Of a stretch of DNA of 64,000 nucleotides, positions 1 to 10,037 are shown one piece after another (position 1 is the first letter of the stretch; each line of letters opens with the position of its first letter). Position numbers and translations under genes: made by a program. The DNA comes from an uncultured Gammaproteobacteria bacterium (lineage in GTDB: Bacteria; Patescibacteriota; Patescibacteriia; UBA9934; GWF2-40-263), in assembly GCA_964399675.1 (NCBI GenBank), contig CAYNRK010000003.1:73033-137032 (forward strand), written 5' to 3'. The notes below the pieces were generated by a model, which searched no databases, was not told where the DNA came from, and saw nothing but the letters and a program-made list of their open reading frames with translations.

Positions 1-1
1 T

Positions 2-1765
2 TTTTCAATCCAGGTTGATGAACCTGAGCTTTGTCCAAAGTATTCAGCAATTTCAATTGAGAATGTAAAAGTTGGGCCATCGCCTTGGTGGATGCAAAAA
101 AAGCTCATGTTTGCCGGGTTTAAACCGATCAATAACATTGTGGATATTACAAACTATGTTTTGCATGAATACGGACAGCCATTACACACGTTTGATGCAG
201 ACAAGCTGGAGGGTGAAAAAATTATTGTTAGAAAAGCAAAAAAGAATGAAAAGTTTTTAGCACTTGATGAGAACGAATATAAATTGTCATCTGATCAGTT
301 GGTGATCGCAGATGAAAAGCAAGCTGTTGCTGTTGCCGGTGTAATGGGTGGGGAGCTTACCGGGACAACTGAAAACACAACCCGAGTGCTTATTGAGTCA
401 GCGACTTTTGATCCAGTTTCTGTGAGGCAAACTTCCAGAGCGCTTAATCTTTATTCAGATTCACAACTACTTTTTGAAAAAGGTCTTTCAACAGAATCAA
501 CCAAGCCCGCGCTTGCAAGAGCTGTTGAGTTGATTTTGGAACTTGCAGGAGGAGAAGTCGCTTCAGGTGTGTTGGTTGAGGAAGCAAAAACGTACGAGCC
601 ATTGGTCTTTGATTTCAATCCAACAAAAGTTAATGAACTAATGGGAGTTGAATTAAAAGAAGAAGAAATGGCGAGTATTTTAAAACAATTAGGATTTCAA
701 GTAACCCCCCCTAACCCCCCCTTGAAAAGGGGGGGAACCTACAAAGTAGTGGTTCCGTATTGGCGCGATCGTGATATTGAAGATCCAGTTGATTTTACAG
801 AGGAGATTGCGCGAATATATGGTTATGAAAAAATTCCACCCATTCTTCCTCAGGGAGATTTGTCAGAGCAAATACCAGATTCAAGTTTGTTTTGGCGTCG
901 GCGCATTAAACAGATTTTAGCTGGTGCCGGGCTTACAGAAGCGTATTCATATTCTTTTGTTTCTGAAAAACAGATTGAGTTGTTTGATTGTAGCCAGGTC
1001 ATGAAACTAAAAAACCCACTCAATAGCGAGCAAGAGTATTTGCGTCAGTCACTTTTGCCAAGCATGCTTACTACAGTTGCTGCTAATCAAAAAAGATTTT
1101 CAGAAGCTGAGTTGTTTGAAACAGCCCCTGTGTACAAAGCGCAAAAAAATGACAAGCCAAAACAAATTCAAAAATTGGTTATTGCGGTTTATGGCAAAGA
1201 TGGGGTTGAGTCGTTTTCGCACGTAAAAGGAATGCTTGAGAGATTGTTTCGCCAGACCGGAATTACAGATTGGAGTTACAGTCGCGATGATTTTCGAGAC
1301 CATTTGCATACTGGGCGTCAGGCTCGGGTGTTTGTTGGTAAAGAAGATGTGGGCTGGATTGGGCAGGTAAATAATGAGTTGAGCCAGGCTTTTGATTTAG
1401 ATGTTGATGTTGTGGTGGCAGGACTTAATATTGATCTGTTGATTCCAATGTTTTCAGTAAATAAATCATACACACCTCTTCCGCAGTTTCCGTCTGTGAA
1501 ACGAGACCTTGCGTTTGTTGTTGACGAGAGTGTGGAATATAAGACAGTTGTTGATGTTATTGAAAAAGAAAGTGCATTGGTTGGTAATGTTGGTTTGTTT
1601 GATGTGTATCGTGGTAAAGGAATTGAAAATGGAAAAAAGTCAATTGCAATACATATGGATTTCCTTGCTCAGGATCGTACGTTGGAATCAGAAGAGGTTG
1701 ATGTAGAGCTTGAAAAAATTCGCACTGTGCTGCAAAAGAAATTTAGTGCTATAATGAGATCGTAA
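2..1765 (+). CDS. pheT: Phenylalanyl-tRNA synthetase beta subunit (5'-truncated by window)
   Basis: Frame open from base 2; motifs INNIVDITNY, GQPLHTFD, RDIEDPVDFTEEIARIYGY and C-terminal FDX-ACB (RDLAFVV, LFDVYRG). Confidence 0.97.
   Translation, partial: FSIQVDEPELCPKYSAISIENVKVGPSPWWMQKKLMFAGFKPINNIVDITNYVLHEYGQPLHTFDADKLEGEKIIVRKAKKNEKFLALDENEYKLSSDQLVIADEKQAVAVAGVMGGELTGTTENTTRVLIESATFDPVSVRQTSRALNLYSDSQLLFEKGLSTESTKPALARAVELILELAGGEVASGVLVEEAKTYEPLVFDFNPTKVNELMGVELKEEEMASILKQLGFQVTPPNPPLKRGGTYKVVVPYWRDRDIEDPVDFTEEIARIYGYEKIPPILPQGDLSEQIPDSSLFWRRRIKQILAGAGLTEAYSYSFVSEKQIELFDCSQVMKLKNPLNSEQEYLRQSLLPSMLTTVAANQKRFSEAELFETAPVYKAQKNDKPKQIQKLVIAVYGKDGVESFSHVKGMLERLFRQTGITDWSYSRDDFRDHLHTGRQARVFVGKEDVGWIGQVNNELSQAFDLDVDVVVAGLNIDLLIPMFSVNKSYTPLPQFPSVKRDLAFVVDESVEYKTVVDVIEKESALVGNVGLFDVYRGKGIENGKKSIAIHMDFLAQDRTLESEEVDVELEKIRTVLQKKFSAIMRS
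703..738. repeat. Palindromic element translated in frame in pheT (TPPNPPLKRGG)
   Basis: ccccccttgaaaaggggggg hairpin; matches intergenic element at 44521-44555. Confidence 0.8.
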
Positions 1766-1766
1766 T

Positions 1767-2081
1767 ATGTTTTCACCTCTCGACATTCTCTACATTGTTC
1801 TTGCGTTTTGTGCGTTGTGGTTTACAGCTGCAATCTTTTGGCTTATTTGGCAGATCGCGAGTATTTTTCGAAACGTGAATGAAACACTTGCTGAGGCTCG
1901 TGAGAAAATGGTTTTGATTGAAAAAGCACTAACAGGGATTCGGCAAAAGTTTGAAAGCACAACATCGGTTTTAGGTGTTGTTGTGGAGACTGCATCAAAA
2001 ACCGTTGACTATCTACTTGATAAGAAAAAAGAGCCAAAGAAAAAGAAACCAAGAAAAAAAGGAAAAGTGATTGATTTATAG
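1767..2081 (+). CDS. Small membrane-anchored coiled-coil protein
   Basis: N-terminal hydrophobic helix, helical body, Lys-rich tail; ATG 1 nt after pheT stop. Confidence 0.8.
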   Translation: MFSPLDILYIVLAFCALWFTAAIFWLIWQIASIFRNVNETLAEAREKMVLIEKALTGIRQKFESTTSVLGVVVETASKTVDYLLDKKKEPKKKKPRKKGKVIDL

Positions 2082-2087
2082 AGAAAA

Positions 2088-2112
2088 TAAACAGGGCCAA
2101 GGCCCTGTTTTT
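2088..2112. terminator. Rho-independent terminator
   Basis: aaacagggcc-aa-ggccctgttttt. Confidence 0.7.
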
Positions 2113-2170
2113 GAATTTCTGAAAAGGTAATGATAAGCTCTTTGTGTCATATCGACCGGGTATTATTTCT

Positions 2171-2267
2171 TGTCATCTCGACCGGAGGCCCGTCAGACGG
2201 GCCGGAGCGGAGAGATCTCGAATATGCGAGATCTCTCGGCTCGACAGGTGTCTCGCTCGAGATGACA
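2171..2267. repeat. REP-like palindrome family A (TGTCATCTCG...GAGATCTC...CGAGATGACA)
   Basis: Terminal inverted repeats and internal hairpins; copies at 14803, 42672, 50075, 56473, 59223, 61859. Confidence 0.9.
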
Positions 2268-2274
2268 AAAATGT

Positions 2275-5200
2275 ATGTCAAAGTTTGTCCATCTTCACAC
2301 ACATTCCCACTTTTCATTACTTGAGGCTTTGCCAAAAACAAAGGATCTTTTGAATCATGTTAAAGAATTGGAAATGGATACGGTTGCTGTGACAGATAAT
2401 GGAACAATGTACGGAGCGATCGAGTTTTATCAAAAGGCTGTGGCAATGAATATCAAACCCATAATGGGAGTTGATTTTTATCTTGCTCGTAATGGCCGTC
2501 ATCAAAAGCGTGCGCGCGTTGACAAAAAATCACATCGTCTTGTGTGTTTGGCTGAGAATAATGCCGGTTACAAAAATTTGATTCAGCTTTCCTCTATTGG
2601 TTTTTTGGAGGGTTTTTATTATAAGCCACGAATTGACAAAGAAATTTTGTCATCACTTACCAATGGTTTGATTGCGCTTTCCGGAGGGCACATGAGTGAG
2701 ATTGATGAGTTTTTGCGTCTTGATCGCGCAGATGAAGCGGAAAAAGTTATTCTTGAGTATGTAAAAATGTTTGGTGAAGGAAACTTTTTTCTAGAGTTGG
2801 TTGATCGACCAGAGATTGGTGAACAAGAGGCAGTAAACACTCAGCTTATTGAGCTTTCAAAAAAACTTAATGTTCCCACTGTTGCCACAAAGAATACATT
2901 TTATTTAAGACCGCAAGATGTTGAGGCGTGGAAAGTTTTGAATTGCATTAAGGGCGGCAAAACACTTGAGCAGTTCGATCGCATGAATCAGTTTGATTAT
3001 GATGCATCCATGGTTAGCGGTAAGTATATGGAAGCGCGTTTTAAAGATGTGCCTGAGGCGATTGAGAATACGCGTCGCATTGCTGATCGATGCAATGTTG
3101 AACTTAAGCTTGGGGAGTGGAACTTTCCGCAGTTTGTTATTCCTGAGACAAAAACGTTTAGGCAAGTTCTAACTGACAAAGCATATATAAGTCTTGAAAA
3201 AAAGCTTGGCAAGTTAACCGATGAAATGAAAGAGCGCATGGAGTATGAGCTTGAGATTATTGATCAGAAAGGTTTTTGTCCTTACTTTTTAATTGTGTCT
3301 GACTTTATTAACTGGGCTCGTGAGAATGGAATTGTTACAACAACACGTGGATCTGCCGCAGGTTCGCTTGTAAGTTATTCAATTGGAATTTCTTCAATCA
3401 ATCCACTGACATATGAATTGCCGTTTGAAAGATTTTTAAATCCTGAAAGACCGTCCGCTCCTGATATCGATGCTGACTTTGCTGATAACAGACGCGATGA
3501 GGTTTTGGATTATGTGCGAGAAAAGTATGGTCATGAAAAGGTGGCTCAGATCTGTACGTTTGGAACAATGCTTGCGCGCGGTTCTGTTCGAGATGTTGGG
3601 CGGGGTCTTGGATTTGAATACAGCATGGTTGATGAGATTGCAAAACTTGTTCCAATGGGGTCGCAAGGTTTTCCAATGACACTTGATCGTGCCCTTCAAG
3701 AATCAGTTGATCTGAAACAAAAATATGATACAGATGCAAATGTTCGTCGTGTTATTGATTTGGCTCGTCAAATTGAAGGTTGTTCGCGACATGTTTCCAT
3801 TCATGCTGCCGGCACAGTAATTTCACCAACTGATCTTACAGACTTTACGCCATTGCAAATTGATACGCGCGAGGGAAAAGTGATTACGCAGTATGAAATG
3901 AAATCTGTTGAGTCAGCCGGGCTTATAAAAATGGACTTTTTGGGAATTCGCAACTTGTCGATTTTGGGAGATGCAATTGCGCTTGTTAAAAAAACAAAAG
4001 GAATTGATATAGAACTTGAATCAATTCCAATTGATGATAAGAAAACCTTTCGATTATTGGCCAATGGACAGACAATGGGTGTGTTTCAGTTGGGTGGAGA
4101 AGGAATGACAAAGTATTTAATGGATCTAAAACCAACGCGTGTTGAGGACATTATGGCAATGGTGGCTTTATATCGTCCCGGTCCTATTGAATCAATTCCA
4201 GAGTACATCCAACGCAAACACAACCCATCTCTTATTTCATATTTGGATGATCGAATGCGAGACATTTTGAAAAAATCAAACGGAGTGATTGTTTATCAGG
4301 ATGATGTGATGCTTATTGCAATTCATTTGGCAGGTTATTCCTGGCTTGAAGCGGATAAATTAAGAAAAGCAATGGGAAAGAAAATTCCAGAGGAAATGGC
4401 AAAACAAAAAGTTAAATTGCTTGAAGGTTTCGTTGAGCACGGGCTTTCAGAAGATCAATCACAGCGATTGTGGAAATTGATTGAGCCATTTGCTGCTTAT
4501 GGATTTAACAAGAGTCATGCTGCAAGTTATGGAATGGTTGCGTATCACACTGCTTTTATGAAAGCAAATTATCCGGCTGAGTACATGACAGCGCTTATGA
4601 CTGCAGAGTCCGGAGATCTTGATAAGGTTGCAGAAGCTGTTCGTGAGTGTGAGCGTATGGGGATTGAAGTGTTGTCACCGGATATTGATGAATCGCGAAA
4701 ACACTTTACCTACATTGATGACAGCACAATTCGTTTTGGTTTGTTAGTGATTAAAAATCTTGGAGATGAGGTTGTTGAAACAATGATTGAAGAGCGAAAA
4801 CAAAATGGCTCATACAAAGACCTTACTGATTTTGCCGGCCGTGTTGCGCACAGAGCGTTTAATAAAAAGTCTCTTGAAGCATTGATCAAAGCTGGGGCGC
4901 TGGATAGATTTGCAGAAAGAAAAAGACTGCTTGAGAATGTGGATCGGATTCTCATGCACAATAAAAATATTCAAAAAGAAAAATCAGCAAATCAGCAAAG
5001 TTTGTTTTCTTTGGCTCCGGACGCAATTGATTCGGGAATTTCATTAAGAGATGTAGAGCCGGCAACAACCAAAGAGTTGCTTGTATGGGAAAAAGAACTT
5101 TTGGGTATGTATGTTTCAGCGCACCCATATGAACAAGTTGAAAAAGAGTTAGGTAAACATTTGTTGGCTTGCAATGCGCTTGACAGCAAAAAAAATCGTT

Positions 5201-5799
5201 CAGAAGTTCGTTGTGGGGGAATTGTTACGTTCTCAAAAGAAATTGTTACAAAAAAAGGTGATCCAATGGCGTTTGTTGGCCTTGAGGATATTAGTGGAAG
5301 AATGGAAGTTGTTGTGTTTCCGCGCGTGTATCAAAAAGCTCGGCACTTGTTGGAAGAAGATGTTTTGGTTCTTGTTTCAGGAAAAATATCAAAACGATCA
5401 GGTGAAGATACAAAATTGCTAGCAGATGAATTCATGGAGATTAAAGAAGAAAGACTGGAAAAGATGAAAACAATGCTTGCGCAAGGTGATTGGTTTCAAG
5501 ATAAAACTCCTGAATTTGTTCCGCAAGAAAATACACAGGAAAATACACAAAATGAACCCGAGGTTGTTCTGCATAGTGGTTCTTTGTCAATTATGTTAAA
5601 GGGTAAACCAACCCCAGACATGATTAAGCATTTGCGTAAGATTTTGCAGGCTTCCCCTGGAGACCAAACAGTCTGCTTGCTTGTTGAGTCAGGTGGTAAG
5701 ATGCGACAAATTCAAACAGATTATTCTGTAAGTGTGACAGATGATATGGTTGAAGAAATTGCGCAGTTGGTCGGGCGACAGAATGTGTCTGTGGTATAA
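2275..5799 (+). CDS. dnaE: DNA polymerase III alpha subunit
   Basis: PHP HLHTHS, RGSAAGS, FERFLNPER, PDIDADF, YGFNKSH. Confidence 0.98.
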   Translation: MSKFVHLHTHSHFSLLEALPKTKDLLNHVKELEMDTVAVTDNGTMYGAIEFYQKAVAMNIKPIMGVDFYLARNGRHQKRARVDKKSHRLVCLAENNAGYKNLIQLSSIGFLEGFYYKPRIDKEILSSLTNGLIALSGGHMSEIDEFLRLDRADEAEKVILEYVKMFGEGNFFLELVDRPEIGEQEAVNTQLIELSKKLNVPTVATKNTFYLRPQDVEAWKVLNCIKGGKTLEQFDRMNQFDYDASMVSGKYMEARFKDVPEAIENTRRIADRCNVELKLGEWNFPQFVIPETKTFRQVLTDKAYISLEKKLGKLTDEMKERMEYELEIIDQKGFCPYFLIVSDFINWARENGIVTTTRGSAAGSLVSYSIGISSINPLTYELPFERFLNPERPSAPDIDADFADNRRDEVLDYVREKYGHEKVAQICTFGTMLARGSVRDVGRGLGFEYSMVDEIAKLVPMGSQGFPMTLDRALQESVDLKQKYDTDANVRRVIDLARQIEGCSRHVSIHAAGTVISPTDLTDFTPLQIDTREGKVITQYEMKSVESAGLIKMDFLGIRNLSILGDAIALVKKTKGIDIELESIPIDDKKTFRLLANGQTMGVFQLGGEGMTKYLMDLKPTRVEDIMAMVALYRPGPIESIPEYIQRKHNPSLISYLDDRMRDILKKSNGVIVYQDDVMLIAIHLAGYSWLEADKLRKAMGKKIPEEMAKQKVKLLEGFVEHGLSEDQSQRLWKLIEPFAAYGFNKSHAASYGMVAYHTAFMKANYPAEYMTALMTAESGDLDKVAEAVRECERMGIEVLSPDIDESRKHFTYIDDSTIRFGLLVIKNLGDEVVETMIEERKQNGSYKDLTDFAGRVAHRAFNKKSLEALIKAGALDRFAERKRLLENVDRILMHNKNIQKEKSANQQSLFSLAPDAIDSGISLRDVEPATTKELLVWEKELLGMYVSAHPYEQVEKELGKHLLACNALDSKKNRSEVRCGGIVTFSKEIVTKKGDPMAFVGLEDISGRMEVVVFPRVYQKARHLLEEDVLVLVSGKISKRSGEDTKLLADEFMEIKEERLEKMKTMLAQGDWFQDKTPEFVPQENTQENTQNEPEVVLHSGSLSIMLKGKPTPDMIKHLRKILQASPGDQTVCLLVESGGKMRQIQTDYSVSVTDDMVEEIAQLVGRQNVSVV

Positions 5800-5810
5800 T
5801 ATTTGTTGAT

Positions 5811-7025
5811 ATGCCAACAAAAAAAAGCGCTCCGAAAAAGCGAGTGCCAGTGAAAAAAACTACAAGGAAAAAAGTTAAGCCAGTTGAAAAGATTTCCATT
5901 CAACGACCAAGCGCTATCCCGCTTGTGCTTTATCGTAGGATTGCGATCAGCTTTGTTGTTATTGTTGCAGCAGCGCTTGCAAGTGTTTTATATCTTTCTA
6001 CAATGCAGGCGGTAATTATTGTTGACTCAACTCAGTCTCCGATCACAGCAGAGTTGGTGCTTCACACAAGGGAAGTTCCTGTGAGTGATGGGCAAATTAA
6101 GGCGCAGATTTTTGAGCGTACAATTGGAAAAACAAAATCATTTGTGCCAAGTGCTGAAGGTGCAGAGGAAGTGGTTGGTACTGCAACAGGAAAAGTTACA
6201 ATTCATAGCACAGCAAGTTTTAATCAGCCACTTGTAAAAACAACCCGTCTTTTAACTGGGGATGGAAAACTGTTTCGGCTAAGCAGTGGAGTTACCGTGC
6301 CAGCTGGTGGAAGTGTTGAAGCTGGTGTTTATGCTGATGTTGATGGTAAAGAAGGTGATATAGGTCCAACACGTTTTTCAATTCCAGGACTTTCCGAGGT
6401 AAGACAAAAGTTGATTTATGCAGAAAGTTCAGATGCGTTTGTTGGTGGGGTGAGTACTATTTCAGTTGTGAGCGAAGATGAGTTGGAAAATGCTGCGAAA
6501 GTAGTTGAGCAAGAACTTGTTGATGAAGCGCAACAGGTTATGAAAGCGGAAATGGATCAAGAGTTTTCCGGTGAGTCATTGAGTATAGAAGTGACTCAAA
6601 AAGAGTTTAGTATTAAACCAAACACACAGGCTGACAAGTTTGATGTAACAATGACACTTAAGATTGGCGCGGTTTATTACGATCGAGCAGCTGCGGAAAA
6701 TATTGCGGTTCGAAAGTTGTATGAAGGTCTTGGTAAAGGTCAGGCTTTCACCAATGTTCTTTCAGATGAAATGAAAGTTGAGGTTCAGCAGTTTTCACAA
6801 TCAACCGGACGCGCAGTTATTCACGTGAGTCTTTCAGGACAAACAATTACTTCAAAAACTTCAGCAGCGCTTGGTGTGAGTCGGTTTGTTGGAATGACAG
6901 AGGAAGAGGTTAGGCAGTTGTTGTTACAGGAAGAAGTTGCTGAGTCAGTTGATGTGGAATTTTTCCCATTTTGGGTGAGGCGAGTGCCAAGGCTCAAGGA
7001 TCATATCTATATTGAGATTCGGTAA
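5811..7025 (+). CDS. Membrane-anchored protein, possibly baseplate-J-like extracellular domain
   Basis: Basic N-terminus, one TM helix, beta-rich body (ATGKVTI, TRL, VPAGG, FVGG). Confidence 0.7.
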   Translation: MPTKKSAPKKRVPVKKTTRKKVKPVEKISIQRPSAIPLVLYRRIAISFVVIVAAALASVLYLSTMQAVIIVDSTQSPITAELVLHTREVPVSDGQIKAQIFERTIGKTKSFVPSAEGAEEVVGTATGKVTIHSTASFNQPLVKTTRLLTGDGKLFRLSSGVTVPAGGSVEAGVYADVDGKEGDIGPTRFSIPGLSEVRQKLIYAESSDAFVGGVSTISVVSEDELENAAKVVEQELVDEAQQVMKAEMDQEFSGESLSIEVTQKEFSIKPNTQADKFDVTMTLKIGAVYYDRAAAENIAVRKLYEGLGKGQAFTNVLSDEMKVEVQQFSQSTGRAVIHVSLSGQTITSKTSAALGVSRFVGMTEEEVRQLLLQEEVAESVDVEFFPFWVRRVPRLKDHIYIEIR

Positions 7026-7084
7026 GAGGTTTTTGACTTATTTTTTCTTGGTGTTAAACTGAAAGCAGAGTGATTTCTAGTTAT

Positions 7085-7345
7085 ATGAAAACAAAAATTA
7101 AAAAAAAGGATTCAAAAAGAACTCGTGAGGCTATGGTAAAAATACCATTGTCTGCTTTCCGATATCTTTCCAGGTATCCTCGTGAGAAAAAAATCGTGAT
7201 AGAGATTTCAACAAAGGATATTAAAAGAGTGAATGATGCCGAAACGCTTGACGAGATTTTAAATGAAGTGCGACTCGAATACGCATTAGGCAACCACAGT
7301 ACTCACAAAAGTGCTAAAAGTCTGATTGCTGCTCTTGAGTCGTAA
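7085..7345 (+). CDS. Putative antitoxin
   Basis: Small ORF directly upstream of RelE-like toxin; C-terminal SAKSLIAALE typical of such antitoxins. Confidence 0.65.
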   Translation: MKTKIKKKDSKRTREAMVKIPLSAFRYLSRYPREKKIVIEISTKDIKRVNDAETLDEILNEVRLEYALGNHSTHKSAKSLIAALES

Positions 7346-7346
7346 T

Positions 7347-7610
7347 ATGCAAGTAAATCTCTCGCCGCGCTTCAAGCGAGCATATAAAAAGCTGCCGCGG
7401 CATTTGAAAGAAGATTTCAAAGATAAAATTGTAACATTTATTAAAGACCCACGTCATCCAACGCTTAAAACGCATAAACTCAAAGGTAAATATCAGGAGT
7501 GTCTCGCGTTTCGGCTACAAGATGGATATAGGGTCCTTTTTGAATTCTCAGCTTCTGACACAGTAGATTTATTGGATATAGGACCGCACGATATTTATAA
7601 AAAACGATAA
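7347..7610 (+). CDS. RelE/YafQ-family mRNA interferase toxin
   Basis: SPRFKRAYKKL, HPTLKTHKLKG, YRVLF, DIGPHDIY. Confidence 0.88.
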   Translation: MQVNLSPRFKRAYKKLPRHLKEDFKDKIVTFIKDPRHPTLKTHKLKGKYQECLAFRLQDGYRVLFEFSASDTVDLLDIGPHDIYKKR

Positions 7611-7678
7611 GGAGCCATGGGGTCAGGTCGTTAATTGTAGCGTTTGAATATTTTTGTGCCATCAAATCAAGCAAACCC

Positions 7679-7696
7679 GCTTGATTTTTTGGTTGA
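7679..7696 (+). repeat. 18-bp direct repeat copy 1 (gcttgattttttggttga)
   Basis: Identical copies at 8424-8441 and 9326-9343. Confidence 0.85.
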
Positions 7697-7765
7697 TTTA
7701 AAAAGAAATCCCGCACGAGAAGCGCAAGGCTTCGTCTGTGCGGGGTGTTGTCTTCTTGCGAGTAG

Positions 7766-8317
7766 CTACCTCGCGATCGAAGTTCGCTCGAAGAAGATGC
7801 CGTTACAGAGAACGTGGCTGGGGCCGGCCGATCCCTCGTAGGAACCGACGTGTTCGATGGCCCGTCCGAAACGTTGGAAGTGCTCCATCATGGACTTCAG
7901 GAGCTCGGTCGCATCGTCACTGCGATCGATTTCGGATCCGCCTCGCACCTCGCTTTCACTGAGGTAGAGATCGATCTTGCCGTCGACGTCGACGTACCAC
8001 CGTACCGGATCACCGCCGGGTGAGGCCAGGGTCAGCACGAGGAACGGCTGCTTGAAGGGTCCCGGATTCTCTGGGTCGTAAGGCAAGTGCTTCAGGTCTT
8101 GCCTCTTGGACTTGAGACCAAGGGCGATCTGCAACCCCTCCCGAGACACCACGGTGGGGTCCACGGACAGGAGATCACTCAACAGGCCAGACTCGAGAAG
8201 TCTCTGCAACACATCTCCATCGAGCCCCTGCTCGGAGATCAGCTGAAGGACAGCATGTGCCTGTGCGAGCGTTGCGGGCTTCTCACGATCAGATCGGACT
8301 GCGCTTCCTTGTGGCAT
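7766..8317 (-). CDS. GC-rich orphan protein
   Basis: AAGGAGG SD before ATG, TTGACA at 8395-8390, GC-rich codon usage unlike flanks. Confidence 0.75.
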   Translation of the reverse strand: MPQGSAVRSDREKPATLAQAHAVLQLISEQGLDGDVLQRLLESGLLSDLLSVDPTVVSREGLQIALGLKSKRQDLKHLPYDPENPGPFKQPFLVLTLASPGGDPVRWYVDVDGKIDLYLSESEVRGGSEIDRSDDATELLKSMMEHFQRFGRAIEHVGSYEGSAGPSHVLCNGIFFERTSIAR

Positions 8318-8423
8318 CGCAGTTCCTCCTTAGTAAACGGCCGACGACATTGCCTGCCGAAAAGACATTTCAGCATATTATGTAAACTTTGTCAATTAGA
8401 AAGGGTCCAGATTGGGCGAACTT

Positions 8424-8441
8424 GCTTGATTTTTTGGTTGA
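8424..8441 (+). repeat. 18-bp direct repeat copy 2
   Basis: gcttgattttttggttga. Confidence 0.85.
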
Positions 8442-8459
8442 TAAAACATACAGTCTTAG

Positions 8460-8618
8460 ATGTTGTTTGTGCGAAATGAATTCGTATATGCACTAGTTAA
8501 GCGACATGCTAAATATCGAAAATTAGAAGATTCCGTGCTTACGGTCATTGTTCCTGTCCACGAAAAAGATCTTCGTTATGGCACATTCCGATCTATTTTA
8601 CGTCAATCAAAATTTTAA
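8460..8618 (+). pseudogene. HicA-family toxin remnant
   Basis: Manual translation ...RHAKYRKLEDSVLTVIVPVHEKDLRYGTFRSILRQSKF*: HicA C-terminal pattern (VPxH...L..GT..SIL.Q); N-terminus and GSH motif missing, no hicB. Confidence 0.65.
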
Positions 8619-8639
8619 CTGATAAATTGGTTTTAAATT

Positions 8640-9278
8640 ATGAACAAAAAAGATAATTCAATCGTTTTATTTCATGAAAAACAGGTTCGTCGTTATTGGG
8701 ATAATGAAAAAGAGCTTTGGTATTTTTCAATTGTAGATGTAATTGAAATTCTTACTGACTCGACTATTCCAAGAAGATACTGGAGCGATCTTAAAGGTAA
8801 ATTAAAAAAAGAAGGAAGTGAAGTGTACGAAAAAATCGTACAGTTGAAAATGATTGCTCCAGATGGAAAAAAAAGAGACACGGATTGTTTTTCTACTGAA
8901 GATTTACTTCGTGTTATTCAATCAATTCCTTCACCAAAAGCTGAACCTTTTAAATTATGGCTTGCTAAAATTGGACACGAAAGAATTGAAGAAACTGAAG
9001 ACCCAGAACTTGCTTTTGAAAGAGCCATGCAAACGTATCTTAAAAAAGGACATTCTAAAGATTGGATTAATCAAAGGCTTAAAAGTATTGAAGTCAGAAA
9101 AGAATTAACTGATGAATGGAAAGAAAAAGGTATGAAAGAAGGTTTGGAATATGCAATTTTAACAGACGAAATTACAAAAGCTTGGGCTGATAAATCAGTA
9201 AAACAATACAAGACTTTCAAGAGTCTTAAAAAACAGAGTTTGAGAGACAACATGACCAATCTTGAATTGGTTTTATAA
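8640..9278 (+). CDS. BRO-N domain protein (antirepressor-like), probably C-terminally truncated
   Basis: WYFSIVDVIEILT, IQSIPSPKAEPFKLWLA, LRDNMTNLELVL; stop lies right at a repeat junction. Confidence 0.8.
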   Translation: MNKKDNSIVLFHEKQVRRYWDNEKELWYFSIVDVIEILTDSTIPRRYWSDLKGKLKKEGSEVYEKIVQLKMIAPDGKKRDTDCFSTEDLLRVIQSIPSPKAEPFKLWLAKIGHERIEETEDPELAFERAMQTYLKKGHSKDWINQRLKSIEVRKELTDEWKEKGMKEGLEYAILTDEITKAWADKSVKQYKTFKSLKKQSLRDNMTNLELVL

Positions 9279-9325
9279 AGGGGGCCAGGTACGTTAATCG
9301 TAGCGTTATCAAATCGAGCGTAGAG

Positions 9326-9343
9326 GCTTGATTTTTTGGTTGA
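9326..9343 (+). repeat. 18-bp direct repeat copy 3
   Basis: gcttgattttttggttga; upstream ggggccaggtacgttaatcgtagcgtt also matches 7619-7644. Confidence 0.85.
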
Positions 9344-9406
9344 GATTTGACATATATAACGCGTTGCGTTATTATTAACGGCGCTCATTATTAACAGCTC
9401 TTTTGT

Positions 9407-9688
9407 ATGATTCAGAGTTTCGCTGATAAAGAATCAGAGAAGTTGTTTCAGAGGCAACGTTCCAAAAAACTTCCAACAAATATTCAAAAAACTGCTTATA
9501 GAAAATTGCTCATGCTAAGTGCTGCGGTGAACATAAATGATTTACGTGTTCCGCCAGGCAATTGGTTGGAGAGATTAAAAGGAGATCGAAAAAAAGAACA
9601 TAGTATTCGAATTAATGATCAATGGAGAATTTGTTTCATCTGGAAGAATGGAAATGCACATCATGTCAAAATCGAAGACTATCATTGA
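9407..9688 (+). CDS. higB: HigB toxin
   Basis: MIQSFADK, DLRVPPGN, SIRINDQWRICF, EDYH. Confidence 0.93.
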   Translation: MIQSFADKESEKLFQRQRSKKLPTNIQKTAYRKLLMLSAAVNINDLRVPPGNWLERLKGDRKKEHSIRINDQWRICFIWKNGNAHHVKIEDYH

Positions 9689-9714
9689 GAAAAGCAAAAA
9701 AATAAGAAAAAAAT

Positions 9715-10020
9715 ATGCGCGTCGCCAAAATGATCACCATCGTCCATCCAGGAGAGATCCTTAATAAGGAATTTTTAAAGCCACTTGAAATTTCACAGTA
9801 TCGGTTAGCAAAAGATATTAGTGTTCCACCGCGGCGTATTAACGAAATCGTACTCGGAAAGCGATCGATAACAGCCGACACCGCTCTGCGTCTGTCGCGA
9901 TATTTCAAAATGTCACCAGAGTTTTGGATGAATCTACAATCACATTACGATCTTGAAATGCAGAGCGACAAGATTGGAAAGCGGTTAGAGCAAGAGGTTT
10001 CTGTTGGTGTGTTTGCTTAG
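9715..10020 (+). CDS. higA: HigA antitoxin (HTH)
   Basis: HPGEIL..EFL, RINEIV.GKRSITADTALRL, FWMNLQ..YDL; start may be 9730. Confidence 0.93.
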   Translation: MRVAKMITIVHPGEILNKEFLKPLEISQYRLAKDISVPPRRINEIVLGKRSITADTALRLSRYFKMSPEFWMNLQSHYDLEMQSDKIGKRLEQEVSVGVFA

Positions 10021-10037
10021 AAAATGAAATATTATCT

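Noticed and set aside
2130-2353. Short ORFs across REP-like elements (also 14657-14932, 56454-56816, 59199-59476)
   Set aside because: Translations of palindromic repeats, not genes
5811-9278. Prophage (baseplate-like and BRO proteins)
   Set aside because: No integrase, terminase, capsid or other phage genes; the membrane-anchored protein sits in core context
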